Virus record (IMG/VR): IMGVR_UViG_3300045988_050655
Origin: a virus
DNA length: 64,000 nucleotides
Direction: 5' to 3' (one strand)
The notes beneath the pieces are model-generated. The model ran no database searches and was not told where the DNA came from. It saw only the letters and a program-made list of their open reading frames with translations. Positions 52,213 to 62,105 of this stretch are shown here, piece by piece; positions within the stretch are counted from its first letter, which is position 1; each line of letters starts with the position of its first letter. The translations under genes and the position numbers were made by a program.

Positions 52213-52871
52213 TGAGTACGTATGCTGTATCTGAACTGGTGAAAGAAGTGAAGGTGCTCTTGGACAGAAACCAAGAGACTTCGGGCTTGCTGACTCCTAC
52301 CGATTCTGATACCTTGTCACAGGGCGAGTTGATTCAGAGTAAGATAGTAGATGCAGCAAGAATCATATTGAAGGATGCTCCTGCCAGTATGCTGGATGGT
52401 CAGCGATTCGAGGGTCTTGACGTATCTTGGCAAGAGTCTTATGGGGCTTATGTGGGAACCATGTATCTTCCATCGGACATGATTAGGCTGCTGAGCGTGA
52501 AGGCTAGTGACTGGCAACGCTCGGCTCAGGTTATCACCGAGGATGATGATGCCTACAAGATGCAGGGTAGCCGATTCGGAGTAAGGGGGAATCCTGAGCG
52601 ACCTATTGCAGCGTTGATTCACAGCGATGGCGAGCGATTCTTGGAGTTGTATACCAGCAGGAGCGACAAGGCTACGGTGGTGCTATCGTGCGTGTGTATG
52701 CCGATTATCAGCCAAGAGAAGATAACGCTGCCTGAAACCTTGAAGGATTCCATCGTGTATATGGCTGGCTATCTTGTCTGTGTCAGTCTTGGCGATAGCG
52801 ATTCTGCAAGCGGATTGCTTGGTGTGGCTCGGAAGCTGGCTCATATTGTTGAACCTACAGAAACACAATAA
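52212..52871 (+). CDS. hypothetical head/connector protein
   Basis: 219-aa ORF with a TAATG overlap with the previous gene. Confidence 0.45.
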   Translation: MSTYAVSELVKEVKVLLDRNQETSGLLTPTDSDTLSQGELIQSKIVDAARIILKDAPASMLDGQRFEGLDVSWQESYGAYVGTMYLPSDMIRLLSVKASDWQRSAQVITEDDDAYKMQGSRFGVRGNPERPIAALIHSDGERFLELYTSRSDKATVVLSCVCMPIISQEKITLPETLKDSIVYMAGYLVCVSLGDSDSASGLLGVARKLAHIVEPTETQ

Positions 52872-52873
52872 CT

Positions 52874-54910
52874 ATGGCAAAGAAGAAAGAAAAAGCTAAA
52901 TTGCTATCGTTGAGCAAGGTGATTGATAAGGATGAACTGGATAGCGTGAAGGAGTCGATGAAACGCTTTGACCGACCTTATGAGCGTGCCTTCTCTATCT
53001 TGCTGGAGGCTCAGCGATATTACAACAACATGGATAACTTCCGAAAGCGAAGACTGAGAAACAAGCGATACTGCTATGGAGACCAGTGGGGAGATACCAT
53101 TGAGTTTAAAAGCAAGTGTGGCTTTAAAAAGCGTATCAGGGAGGAAGACTATATCCGTGAGCAGGGTAGCGAACCATTGAAGAACAACCTTATCCGTAGG
53201 TTGGTTAAGAATGTGCTGGGTGTGTATCGCTCTCAGAGCAAGGAACCGACATGCAACGCTAGAGATAAGGATGAGAAACGATATGGCGAGACCATGAGCG
53301 TGGTGCTGCAATGTAACCGACAACTGAACCGAGAGACGGAACTGGATGCCCGAACCATGGAAGAGTTCCTGATTAGTGGTGCTGCTATCTATAAGAAAAA
53401 GTATGGATGGCGAAGGGGGAGGCTGGATTGCTGGACGGACTACGTGAATCCGAACAATTTCTTCATAGATAACAATATGAGGGATTTCCGTGGTTGGGAC
53501 GTGAGTTGCTTGGGTGAGGTGCATGATATTACCATCGGTAACGTGCTGAGAGAGTTTGCCAAGTCTCCTGCTGAAGCTAGGAAGTTGAAGGAGATATACA
53601 GACTGGCAGCTAACCGTGATTTCGTGATTGCTGATTGCACCAAGCGATTCGGTGAGTTCGACCCTAGGACTATTGACTTTATGAATCCTTCTAACCCTTC
53701 ACTCTGCCGAGTGATAGAGGTTTGGCGCAAGGAGAGTAAACCGAGATACCGATGCCACGACTACAACAATGGCGATGATTTCAAAATTGATATTGAGGAT
53801 AAGGCTGATATTGTAGATGCAGAGAACAGAGACAGAATCAGGCGAGGTATGGCTGCTGGCATGATGGAAGAGGATATTCCTCTGATTGATGCCGAATGGT
53901 TTATGGATGATTACTGGCATTTCTACTATCTTTCTCCTTTCGGTGATATTCTGAGAGAAGGAGAGACCCCTTATGCTCATGGTGAGCATCCATATTGCTT
54001 TAAGTTCTATCCGTTTATTGATGGTGAGATTCACAGCTTCGTGGAAGATGTGATTGACCAGCAGAGATACGTGAACCGACTTATCACGATGTATGACTTC
54101 ATCATGAGGGCGAGTGCCAAGGGTGTGCTGCTCTGTCCTGAGGATTGTCTGCCTGATGATATGAGTTGGGATGATTTCTGCGATGAGTGGAGTAGGTTCA
54201 ATGGTGTGGTGAGATACAAGCCAAATAAGAGCGGTCAGGTTCCTCAGCAAGTGGCGAACAACTCTACGAATATCGGTATCGGTGACTTGCTCAGCTATCA
54301 GTTGAAGTTCTTCGAGGATATATCGGGAGTGAATGGTGCGCTGCAAGGTAAACCAGGAGTATCGGGTACGAGCGGTTCGCTTTATGCCCAGCAGACACAG
54401 AATGCTACCATGTCGCTGCTTGATATTTTGGAGAGCTTCAGCCAGTTTATCATTGATGGTGCTTACAAGACTGTGAAGAATATGCAGCAGTACTATGACG
54501 TGGCTCGAAACTTCAATATCGTTGGTAGGGCAGGACAGATTGTACACTACGACCCTAAGAAGATTAGAGACGTGGAGTTTGACATCAACATCACGGAAAG
54601 TACGGTTACTCCTGTATACAGACAGATGGCGAATGAGTTCCTTATGACCTTGTGGCAGAATCAGGCTATCACGCTGGAGCAGTTGCTGCAAGTAGGAGAT
54701 TTCCCATTTGGAGAGGAGTTGCTGCAATCGGTTGCATCCAACCAGCAAGCCATTCAGAATGGTGAGACTCCACAAGGATTCTCTCCTCAGCTTCAAGCCC
54801 AAGTTGCTCAGGCATCACAGAGCAATCCGAAGGCTCAGGCGATGTTGCAGCAGATGATGAGCGGGCAGGGAGTGAGTCCTGATGGACAGAATCCACCGCT
54901 GGCGGCATAA
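52874..54910 (+). CDS. portal protein
   Basis: 678 aa. YYNNMDNFRKRRLRNKRYCYGDQWGD is the typical portal N-terminal motif. Q-rich C-terminus. Confidence 0.7.
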   Translation: MAKKKEKAKLLSLSKVIDKDELDSVKESMKRFDRPYERAFSILLEAQRYYNNMDNFRKRRLRNKRYCYGDQWGDTIEFKSKCGFKKRIREEDYIREQGSEPLKNNLIRRLVKNVLGVYRSQSKEPTCNARDKDEKRYGETMSVVLQCNRQLNRETELDARTMEEFLISGAAIYKKKYGWRRGRLDCWTDYVNPNNFFIDNNMRDFRGWDVSCLGEVHDITIGNVLREFAKSPAEARKLKEIYRLAANRDFVIADCTKRFGEFDPRTIDFMNPSNPSLCRVIEVWRKESKPRYRCHDYNNGDDFKIDIEDKADIVDAENRDRIRRGMAAGMMEEDIPLIDAEWFMDDYWHFYYLSPFGDILREGETPYAHGEHPYCFKFYPFIDGEIHSFVEDVIDQQRYVNRLITMYDFIMRASAKGVLLCPEDCLPDDMSWDDFCDEWSRFNGVVRYKPNKSGQVPQQVANNSTNIGIGDLLSYQLKFFEDISGVNGALQGKPGVSGTSGSLYAQQTQNATMSLLDILESFSQFIIDGAYKTVKNMQQYYDVARNFNIVGRAGQIVHYDPKKIRDVEFDINITESTVTPVYRQMANEFLMTLWQNQAITLEQLLQVGDFPFGEELLQSVASNQQAIQNGETPQGFSPQLQAQVAQASQSNPKAQAMLQQMMSGQGVSPDGQNPPLAA

Positions 54911-54944
54911 CAAGTTAATAGTTTATAGTTAATAGTTTATAGTT

Positions 54945-55166
54945 ATGATTGCAGACAAACCAAGTGACAAGAAATGGTATGGCAATGGGAAACCTGATGC
55001 CAGCCAAGGTGGCAACCCGAATGGTGGTATTGCCACGGAGACCCAAGGGAGGGAAGACAAGCCCGAACTTTACGAAAATGACGTTATCGGAAAGGTGGCG
55101 AAACGGAAGAAAAACGACATCTGGACGAGGGGTGGAGAGAAGAGAACTAGATTTAAGGACGAATAA
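54945..55166 (+). CDS. 73-aa basic protein sharing motifs with the capsid N-terminus and the scaffold C-terminus
   Basis: TETQGRE (also in the MCP) and IWTRGGEKRT (compare VWERGNEKRT at the scaffold C-terminus). Confidence 0.5.
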   Translation: MIADKPSDKKWYGNGKPDASQGGNPNGGIATETQGREDKPELYENDVIGKVAKRKKNDIWTRGGEKRTRFKDE

Positions 55167-55261
55167 AGAAAGGAAGTGTTTTTATCGTAACTGTATTTAT
55201 CTGATATTCAGATAGCTACAGAAATATCTACGAGTTTATGGTGCTGCGTTTAAGATATTGG

Positions 55262-55269
55262 TATCTTTG
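55262..55269 (+). promoter_or_regulatory. Bacteroidota -7 box (TATCTTTG)
   Basis: 30 nt upstream of ATG 55299. Confidence 0.5.
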
Positions 55270-55298
55270 CAGCATCATAAACTTTTAATTTTTATATT

Positions 55299-55784
55299 AT
55301 GGATTTTGTAGATTTCGTAGAAAAGTATCAGCAGGAGTTGACTCCTGAACAGATGTTGGCAGTAGCTAAGGCAGTCGGCAAGTATCTCTCATGCAAGTTG
55401 AGTGATGTGGAGGAGCATCATCTTTGTGCGATGGTGTATGGTGTGCTGAGCGAAGAGCATTTTGATAAGCACTTTGCCGATGATGCAATTTGCAAGATGT
55501 GGTATGAAGATGCTGACGGAACCAAGCACATGGCTCCCTTCTTCTCGGATGATGAGATAAAGGATGCCTTCGAGAAACATAAGGATGATATTTCTGATTA
55601 CACCATCTATGACTTGGCGGTAACTATGAATCTGCTGAGGAGTGACCATCATGTGATGCTGGAGCGATATAGCAAGGATGCTGAGGAATTGAATGAAATG
55701 GTGGTGCTGATGGCTATCGAGTATCTGCAAGACCCTGACTGCTTGCATCCTACCAGCAAAATATGGCACACAATAAACGGATAA
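55299..55784 (+). CDS. hypothetical acidic protein
   Basis: 161-aa ORF. Confidence 0.5.
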   Translation: MDFVDFVEKYQQELTPEQMLAVAKAVGKYLSCKLSDVEEHHLCAMVYGVLSEEHFDKHFADDAICKMWYEDADGTKHMAPFFSDDEIKDAFEKHKDDISDYTIYDLAVTMNLLRSDHHVMLERYSKDAEELNEMVVLMAIEYLQDPDCLHPTSKIWHTING

Positions 55785-55808
55785 AGTAACTAATTGGGAA
55801 TCATTTCT

Positions 55809-55816
55809 TATCTTTG
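55809..55816 (+). promoter_or_regulatory. Bacteroidota -7 box (TATCTTTG) for the lysis cassette
   Basis: 37 nt upstream of ATG 55853. Confidence 0.5.
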
Positions 55817-55852
55817 CATATTATTAATGTTAATAGTATAAAAAGATAAGTT

Positions 55853-56116
55853 ATGACTCCAAACGTACGTGAAGGATTGCAATATGGTACAGCCATTGGA
55901 ATGGTAGTGAGCGGCATCGTCCTCGCCTTCCTATCATTCTTTCTGAACAACTATATTATTTCGGATGGTGTGCTCTGGTACATCAGCCAAGCGTTGGTTT
56001 ACTCTGGGGCTATCTTCGGAGTAAACATTTATTTTAAGACCAAATTAGGTAACTTTGAGAGTAAGGTGAAGGACGAACTCGCAAATATGTTGAAACAAGT
56101 AAAGGAAAGCAAATAA
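55853..56116 (+). CDS. holin candidate (two TM helices)
   Basis: 87 aa with two hydrophobic helices and a charged C-terminus. Lies directly upstream of the endolysin. Confidence 0.6.
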   Translation: MTPNVREGLQYGTAIGMVVSGIVLAFLSFFLNNYIISDGVLWYISQALVYSGAIFGVNIYFKTKLGNFESKVKDELANMLKQVKESK

Positions 56117-56117
56117 T

Positions 56118-56675
56118 ATGAGGGTAACAAGAGAACAGATTTTGGCGATTATGCCGAATGCGAAGGCTAAGGTGGATGCTTTTCTGCCTTACATCAATGG
56201 TTATGCCGATACGTATCAGATAGACACTCCTAAGCGTATGGCTCATTTCTTGGCTCAGATTGCACATGAGAGTGGCGAACTGAGATATACCAAGGAACTC
56301 GGCAACAAGAACTATTTCCACAAGTATGATGTGGGTAAGTTGAAGAATATGCTCGGCAACCTGAAAGATGGTGACGGCTATAAGTATCGTGGCAGGGGCT
56401 TGATTCAGATTACTGGCAGGGCGAACTATCAGGCTTTGCAGAACAGCAGAGAGGTGACTGACGATATTATGGAGCATCCTGAGTTGCTGGAGCAGCCAAG
56501 ATACGCTACCAAGAGTGCCATGTGGTGGTGGTGGAAGCACGGCTTGAACAAACTGGCTGATAGTGGCAGTTTCGTTGCTATCACCAAGACCATCAATGGC
56601 GGTACTTACGGTTTGGAACATAGACGCAAGTACTTGAAGATGGCTTTGGCGGCTTTTGAAGTGGAATCTAAATAG
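56118..56675 (+). CDS. GH19 (chitinase-like) endolysin
   Basis: AHFLAQIAHESGELRYTKELGN...GDGYKYRGRGLIQITGRANY. Confidence 0.85.
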   Translation: MRVTREQILAIMPNAKAKVDAFLPYINGYADTYQIDTPKRMAHFLAQIAHESGELRYTKELGNKNYFHKYDVGKLKNMLGNLKDGDGYKYRGRGLIQITGRANYQALQNSREVTDDIMEHPELLEQPRYATKSAMWWWWKHGLNKLADSGSFVAITKTINGGTYGLEHRRKYLKMALAAFEVESK

Positions 56676-56683
56676 GTTGGCTT

Positions 56684-57220
56684 ATGAAGATAAGATGGTA
56701 TGATGAGCAGTTGTGGAGCAGACTTGCACTGGCGGTTATCGTTGGACTGCTGGCGGTGTTTCTGTTTACAGGATGCAAGTCTTCGTTCCACGCTACGAAA
56801 CAAAGTGTTTCTAGCAAGGAAACAGATAGTTCCATGGTTGAAACCAAACAGAACGTGCTTAGATGGGATTCCATCATTAAGCGTGACAGCATCTATGTAA
56901 GGGATAGTGTGGCAACAAGACAAGTGGGCGATACCATCTTCACCGACCGATGGCATTGGGAATATATCTATGACTTCTTCCAACTGGAGAAGATGAACTT
57001 GGAGAGCAATCAGCAGCAGGATTTTCGGTTTATCGCAAGGGCTGATACCATCAGGGTTCCCTACCCAGTGGAGCGGAAGCTGACAAAGTGGGAGGAGTTT
57101 GAATTGGAATATGCTGCATGGGCGATGGGTGCTACCTGCGTGCTGCTGGTATTGCTAGGGCTTAACATTTATAGGAGAATCAAGAATGCGAGATATACGA
57201 ATATCAATCAACAGAGATAA
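56684..57220 (+). CDS. unimolecular spanin candidate (N-terminal lipoprotein signal plus C-terminal TM)
   Basis: LAVFLFTGC lipobox-like signal. C-terminal helix AWAMGATCVLLVLLGLNIY. Confidence 0.5.
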   Translation: MKIRWYDEQLWSRLALAVIVGLLAVFLFTGCKSSFHATKQSVSSKETDSSMVETKQNVLRWDSIIKRDSIYVRDSVATRQVGDTIFTDRWHWEYIYDFFQLEKMNLESNQQQDFRFIARADTIRVPYPVERKLTKWEEFELEYAAWAMGATCVLLVLLGLNIYRRIKNARYTNINQQR

Positions 57221-57635
57221 GGTGTATGAGGAGGTGGCTAAGACCACGGCTTACCTCGGTGGAAAGAATTTGGATGCCAACGGCAAGAGTCTGTATGACC
57301 AAGTGTTTGTGACGGATGCGGACAGGGAAATGCTGGAAGGTTTTTGGCATGATGCCATCGGTGACGTTTCAGCAGCCTTGGAGAGCGTGCTTGCTACAGA
57401 AAGGAGTGATTCGGGCGAAGAGGAAATCTTCGGGCTGAGAGTAAGCACACTTTTCAAGGAGTCGTTGGCGAAGACCTTGGAGACTACGGCTATCAGCTAT
57501 GTAGTAAACAAGATAGTAGCTGAATGGTGCTTATTAGTATATAAGGATAAGGCGAATGAATATCTCAGCAAGGCAAACGCTTTGCTGGATAAGATGGATG
57601 CTATACTCTATATGCGTAAGAGGCCAACAAGATAG
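57186..57635 (+). CDS. hypothetical protein
   Basis: 149-aa ORF. Confidence 0.45.
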   Translation: MRDIRISINRDKVYEEVAKTTAYLGGKNLDANGKSLYDQVFVTDADREMLEGFWHDAIGDVSAALESVLATERSDSGEEEIFGLRVSTLFKESLAKTLETTAISYVVNKIVAEWCLLVYKDKANEYLSKANALLDKMDAILYMRKRPTR

Positions 57636-57646
57636 GAGGGTAGGAT

Positions 57647-58195
57647 ATGAAACATTGCAATAAGGGATATAAAGTGATGATAGAGTTGGAAAAGAAGGAG
57701 TTGGTATACGACATCAAGAATACGGCTTTTTCTTTTGCAGACTCTTATGCCAGTCAGAAGGGTATGGATGCCAAGCAGTTGAAGAATGTGTTTGACGTAT
57801 CTGAGGAAGGCAACCGTGATAAACTGGCTAGGATATTGGATTCAGCCGTGGAGGATTGCAGGGAAATGCTTTTCCGCTTTACCAAGGTAGAAATGCTAGG
57901 TGGCGGCTTTGACTCGAACGAGTGGGCAGAGTGCATCGGTTCGCCTACCAACGAGGAGGAAGCCTATTACTTGGCTCTGAGAATGCCAAACGGATTCTCG
58001 AAAACCAGTGTGCATACCATGACGGTATATATTCACGATTACATTGTGAACCAGTGTATGTACGAATGGCTGATGATTGTTTTTCCTGACGGTGCTGATA
58101 GGTTCTGGGCACTGGCTGAGGATAAGAAACAGAAGATTAAGGATGCCAGCAACCGCTCGGCTGGCAGAGTAAGAATTGCATTGCATCCATTTTAG
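57647..58195 (+). CDS. hypothetical protein
   Basis: 182-aa ORF. Confidence 0.45.
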   Translation: MKHCNKGYKVMIELEKKELVYDIKNTAFSFADSYASQKGMDAKQLKNVFDVSEEGNRDKLARILDSAVEDCREMLFRFTKVEMLGGGFDSNEWAECIGSPTNEEEAYYLALRMPNGFSKTSVHTMTVYIHDYIVNQCMYEWLMIVFPDGADRFWALAEDKKQKIKDASNRSAGRVRIALHPF

Positions 58196-58227
58196 TATAT
58201 TAGTCGTTTTAGGTTAACGCAAAAAGC

Positions 58228-58266
58228 AAGGGTAGCTATCCATCACGGACGGCTACCCTTTTTTTA
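58228..58266. terminator. bidirectional rho-independent terminator
   Basis: aagggtagc-N15-gctaccctt followed by a T run, with an A run upstream. Lies between convergent genes. Confidence 0.65.
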
Positions 58267-58288
58267 AGAAAGATATATATAAAAGAAT

Positions 58289-59095
58289 TTATACGTTTTC
58301 TGTATTTCCAGTAGAGCCACTTTCCTGCTTGGTGGTGATGGTTCCGCTTACCTCAGCGTTGACCTTCAAGCCATTCTTCTGCTGCTCGGCATACTGGTTC
58401 TTATCCTGAGCAATGAAGTTGGTGATGGCAGTGGCTATGTTGTAGAGCAGTTTATCAGTGTCGCTGCTGAGCGAGTTGGCATCTATTGATGCGTATTTGT
58501 TGCTCTCTGCGGTAGAAGATGTTGTCTCCTTCTCACGATAGAGTACTGCCTGATTGATGAACTCCTGAGCAAACAAGAATGACTTGCTTACAAGTTGCTT
58601 TATCTTGGTGTTGTCTATGTTGAGCGGAGTATCGTAGTGGCTGAGCATTGCGTTGAGACAGCTCATGGCTACTTCCTCTCTCGGCTGTAGGGTGGCGATG
58701 GAGAAGATATTGTCAGGCTCCGTGGTTTCGCCTTCATTGGTCTCCTCGCCTTCTGCTGCTGCGATGACAGGGTTGTATGGTCGGGCATGGCTTGAACCAT
58801 CGGAATCCGTCTCCTTAACGATTTTCGTACCAGTGGTTCGGGTGATAGTTGAGTCGACAATCTTCAAGTCAGCTATTTTAATTTCTGATGAAGAAAAGCA
58901 TTCACCTTCCTTTGTGAAACCATATAAAGGAGAACCAGCACCAAAGGAAACATAACCGTAGTATTGGCTCCTTTCACCTATATCTGCTATTCTCACAAAG
59001 TTTGAAATCTCAATCTTGCCATTTTTCTCATATCCAATGGCTGCACCTAGTTCAACTTTCCGTGAGTCAAATTCTAATAATGTATATTCTGTCAT
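58289..59095 (-). CDS. hypothetical (tail/baseplate-associated?) protein
   Basis: 268-aa ORF. ATG lies 3 nt after the upstream stop. Confidence 0.45.
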   Translation of the reverse strand: MTEYTLLEFDSRKVELGAAIGYEKNGKIEISNFVRIADIGERSQYYGYVSFGAGSPLYGFTKEGECFSSSEIKIADLKIVDSTITRTTGTKIVKETDSDGSSHARPYNPVIAAAEGEETNEGETTEPDNIFSIATLQPREEVAMSCLNAMLSHYDTPLNIDNTKIKQLVSKSFLFAQEFINQAVLYREKETTSSTAESNKYASIDANSLSSDTDKLLYNIATAITNFIAQDKNQYAEQQKNGLKVNAEVSGTITTKQESGSTGNTENV

Positions 59096-59097
59096 AA

Positions 59098-61683
59098 TTA
59101 TCTCAGTCTGTTTTGTAATCTTGGTTGGAAATCGGTGTGTAGCGTGCTGATAGACTCATTGGCATCCAAGCTGCCCATCAATGCGATTCGGAAATACTTG
59201 TATGGAGACCCAACAAGGTTTCTGAGGAACATATTGGTAGATGAACCAATGAAGAACCAGTGCATCAGGTCGTTGCTTCCGAATAGCACCATGCCGCATT
59301 TGTTTGCCCCGAAGTCTCCGAAATATCCGCTTGTGATGCAATTAAACATGGTTTTGTGAATCTCCTGTCCAAGTGTCAACGGACGGCTACAGAGGAAATA
59401 GGAAACCTTATCGGTAGGTTCCTTTACGTAAGCATTGATTATCTTTCCTTCCTTGTCGGTAGCGTAGGCATCTGGATAGATGTTGACTCGCTTGTTGAAC
59501 GCATTGTGCATGGTTCCCCACATCTTACTCTTCAAAGAGTAAACGTAAGCGTAGGAGTAGTTCGGATTGAAGAGGATGATTCGGGCATCGTAATAATCGT
59601 AAATCATATCAGCTTCAATGAGGTATCTACGGAACTTGACATACTTCACATCATCCTCAGGAATGCCACCCAGCGCAAGGAGTTTGTTGGGATAGGTTTT
59701 ATCCTTGACGGAGTGGGAATATATCGTGAGGAAATTGAAAGGATAATCATCGAGCACATCGGTGATACATATAGATTCCCTGCCCTGCTGCATCATGATA
59801 CCTCGCTCTGTAGGGAACAGAACTGCATCATCTATCTGCAAGATACCCTTCGGGTTAGAACATATATCACGCTGCGCTGGCTGGCGAGTCTGATAAGTAC
59901 CTTCATCACTCAGCATCAGTACCCACACACCTTCATCGGTGAAGGCATAGAGAGGAGCATCACCAAACTGACCTTCGCTGATTGGTCGGGTGTTGGCGGC
60001 TAGTGCGCTGATAACAGAAGAACCAACCTGAACAGAGTTCTTGGCAGGGAACACAAGAGGGTTCTCTGCTTCGCTTACCTTTAGAAGGTTAGGGCTGTTT
60101 TCTACAGATGGATTCTTGTTATATTGTTTATATTCTTCAACAACCTTATTCCACTCTTCTTCTGTTGATGCAGCCCATGGAAGTTCAAAGGTGATACCGT
60201 TTTTCGTATCTTCACCTATATAGAACGAGAATGCAGTAGAATCAGAAGATAGCGGATTTACTATTGCCTTTTCGTATATTCCACCTTCTATAAGTTGGTG
60301 GCGGTAATAACTTACACGTAGCACATCGTTGATAGGAACACAATAGATGGTTTCATCTATGTAGGATAGCATACCTTTCCAGAGGATGGAATTATTACGG
60401 GTCTCTACTTTGATGATACCTTCCCTGTCGAATACTCCGTTACCTGACGTATACGTGTTTTTGAGTTTAATATCTCCTGTATTGATGTTTCCTATATGCA
60501 GTCTGTTGTTGTAGGTGATGGCGGTTGTACCGCCAAAATCAGAACGGAACAGATTGGCTAGCTGGATGCTCTCTTCTGCTTCTGTAACTCTTTTCAGGGT
60601 ATGTTTCTTGCCGAGTTCTGTCTTGCTGATGAAGATGGAGTGATAGAAGACAAGATTGTCAATCTCCTGCTTGGCTGTAGATACGCTCATTTTTGGAAGA
60701 TAGAACTTGCCTTGTCTGTGCTTGTCTCCGTCTGTAAAGGTAAACGTATCTACTGGCTTAGACAAATCAACAAAAGGATTTCCTTTAGTAAGGAATACGT
60801 CTACACCTTGAATGAGGTCGTAAATCTGCTCTAATGACTCGAATGTTATCTGTATATCATAAGCAGTCAGACTGCCAGCATTGCTAACATATATCTGTTT
60901 GTTGTCAGCGTTGAAGTTAATTTCGTCTATCGTGTTGTATATTCCGTTAAGGCGGAATATGTTAGATATGTTGTAGTAAGAACCATCGTATAGTCTTACT
61001 GCAACAACAGCAAAAGTGTTATATTTCTGATGCGTATCACCCAGTGATGCTAGTGTGCGATTATTTTCTGCATCAATGGCAGAGAAAACTTTCGGAACTT
61101 TATCTGCTGGTATATTTGTCACCCTGCGGTTACCTTCATTGTTATTTCCAAAACTTGACCATGAGAAGTAGTCCCAAAATACATCAGCTAAATCAGCAAC
61201 AACACTACTGAACGATTCCGTTTTATTGATGCTTACTGATATATCGTAATCGAAATTGTTTCTTGCGAACATCGTGTAGCTGGCATTTGCAGGAATCCAA
61301 TAACCATAAATGGTCTTTGAAACACCGACAAAACAGAGGATATTGCCTACTGCTGTGACGGCATTGACGTGGAATCCGTTGAGGTTGATGGTGTTCTTGG
61401 TTCCGTCTCCACCTTTCTCAGCCCAGTACCAAGTATCATCTGATTTGCGGATGATGTAGTGGGAGTGAATCGCTTCATCGTGTGTGACCTTATGCACCAG
61501 TTCGATGGTGTCCCCTGCATCCAGCGTGATGTTCGGCTCAGCTACTACTGGCTGGTGGATAGGGTGGAGTGCCCCATCCTCGTTGATGAGGTTGAGGCAG
61601 GTTGCCAACTCACCATCCTGACAATTATAGTCGGATGGTGAGTGTGTCAAGCCTTGAAATATTACATCTTGTCTTGTTGCCAT
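59098..61683 (-). CDS. large hypothetical structural protein (tail/baseplate candidate)
   Basis: 861 aa from ATG 61683 (MATRQDVIFQG). I recognise no motif. Confidence 0.5.
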   Translation of the reverse strand: MATRQDVIFQGLTHSPSDYNCQDGELATCLNLINEDGALHPIHQPVVAEPNITLDAGDTIELVHKVTHDEAIHSHYIIRKSDDTWYWAEKGGDGTKNTINLNGFHVNAVTAVGNILCFVGVSKTIYGYWIPANASYTMFARNNFDYDISVSINKTESFSSVVADLADVFWDYFSWSSFGNNNEGNRRVTNIPADKVPKVFSAIDAENNRTLASLGDTHQKYNTFAVVAVRLYDGSYYNISNIFRLNGIYNTIDEINFNADNKQIYVSNAGSLTAYDIQITFESLEQIYDLIQGVDVFLTKGNPFVDLSKPVDTFTFTDGDKHRQGKFYLPKMSVSTAKQEIDNLVFYHSIFISKTELGKKHTLKRVTEAEESIQLANLFRSDFGGTTAITYNNRLHIGNINTGDIKLKNTYTSGNGVFDREGIIKVETRNNSILWKGMLSYIDETIYCVPINDVLRVSYYRHQLIEGGIYEKAIVNPLSSDSTAFSFYIGEDTKNGITFELPWAASTEEEWNKVVEEYKQYNKNPSVENSPNLLKVSEAENPLVFPAKNSVQVGSSVISALAANTRPISEGQFGDAPLYAFTDEGVWVLMLSDEGTYQTRQPAQRDICSNPKGILQIDDAVLFPTERGIMMQQGRESICITDVLDDYPFNFLTIYSHSVKDKTYPNKLLALGGIPEDDVKYVKFRRYLIEADMIYDYYDARIILFNPNYSYAYVYSLKSKMWGTMHNAFNKRVNIYPDAYATDKEGKIINAYVKEPTDKVSYFLCSRPLTLGQEIHKTMFNCITSGYFGDFGANKCGMVLFGSNDLMHWFFIGSSTNMFLRNLVGSPYKYFRIALMGSLDANESISTLHTDFQPRLQNRLR

Positions 61684-62105
61684 GTGCTTAAATTTGAGTT
61701 TGGTCGCATGATTTCGTAATAAGGTTCTCCTTGTTGTGACTTGCGTGGGATGCAAGTAAGGCGAACCATTCTGTTGAGCGGAAGGTTGTACTTATCAAGG
61801 ATGGCGGTGATGGAAGGGTAGTCACTTCTGAAACCTACCTTCTTATACTTCTGATTGAATTGAAGCTGTGCGAAGGCGGTGTTGGCTTTGCGAAGGTATT
61901 CCCAGTCCTCACGCATGCAGAATCCGTATGTATCTCTGTCAGATAACCAGAACACGAAGATAGAGGTGTCTAAACGTTCCTTGCGCATGATGTGGTCGTA
62001 GATGCCCTTGGAGAGCGTGACCGAGTTGGCTCTTCCGTCCAGTACCACAAAATCGTTGCGGTGTCTGAAACCATTTACTTTATCTATTAAATACTTGAAT
62101 TTCAT
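61662..62105 (-). CDS. hypothetical protein
   Basis: 147-aa ORF. Confidence 0.45.
   Translation of the reverse strand: MKFKYLIDKVNGFRHRNDFVVLDGRANSVTLSKGIYDHIMRKERLDTSIFVFWLSDRDTYGFCMREDWEYLRKANTAFAQLQFNQKYKKVGFRSDYPSITAILDKYNLPLNRMVRLTCIPRKSQQGEPYYEIMRPNSNLSTWQQDKM

Noticed and set aside
50522-54802. Long minus-strand ORFs opposite the capsid (50522-51784) and portal (53699-54802) genes, and 49212-49940 opposite the scaffold-like gene.
   Set aside because: They are antisense shadows of plus-strand genes that carry recognisable motifs and have operon-consistent spacing. The translations are Leu/His/Ser-rich with no motifs.
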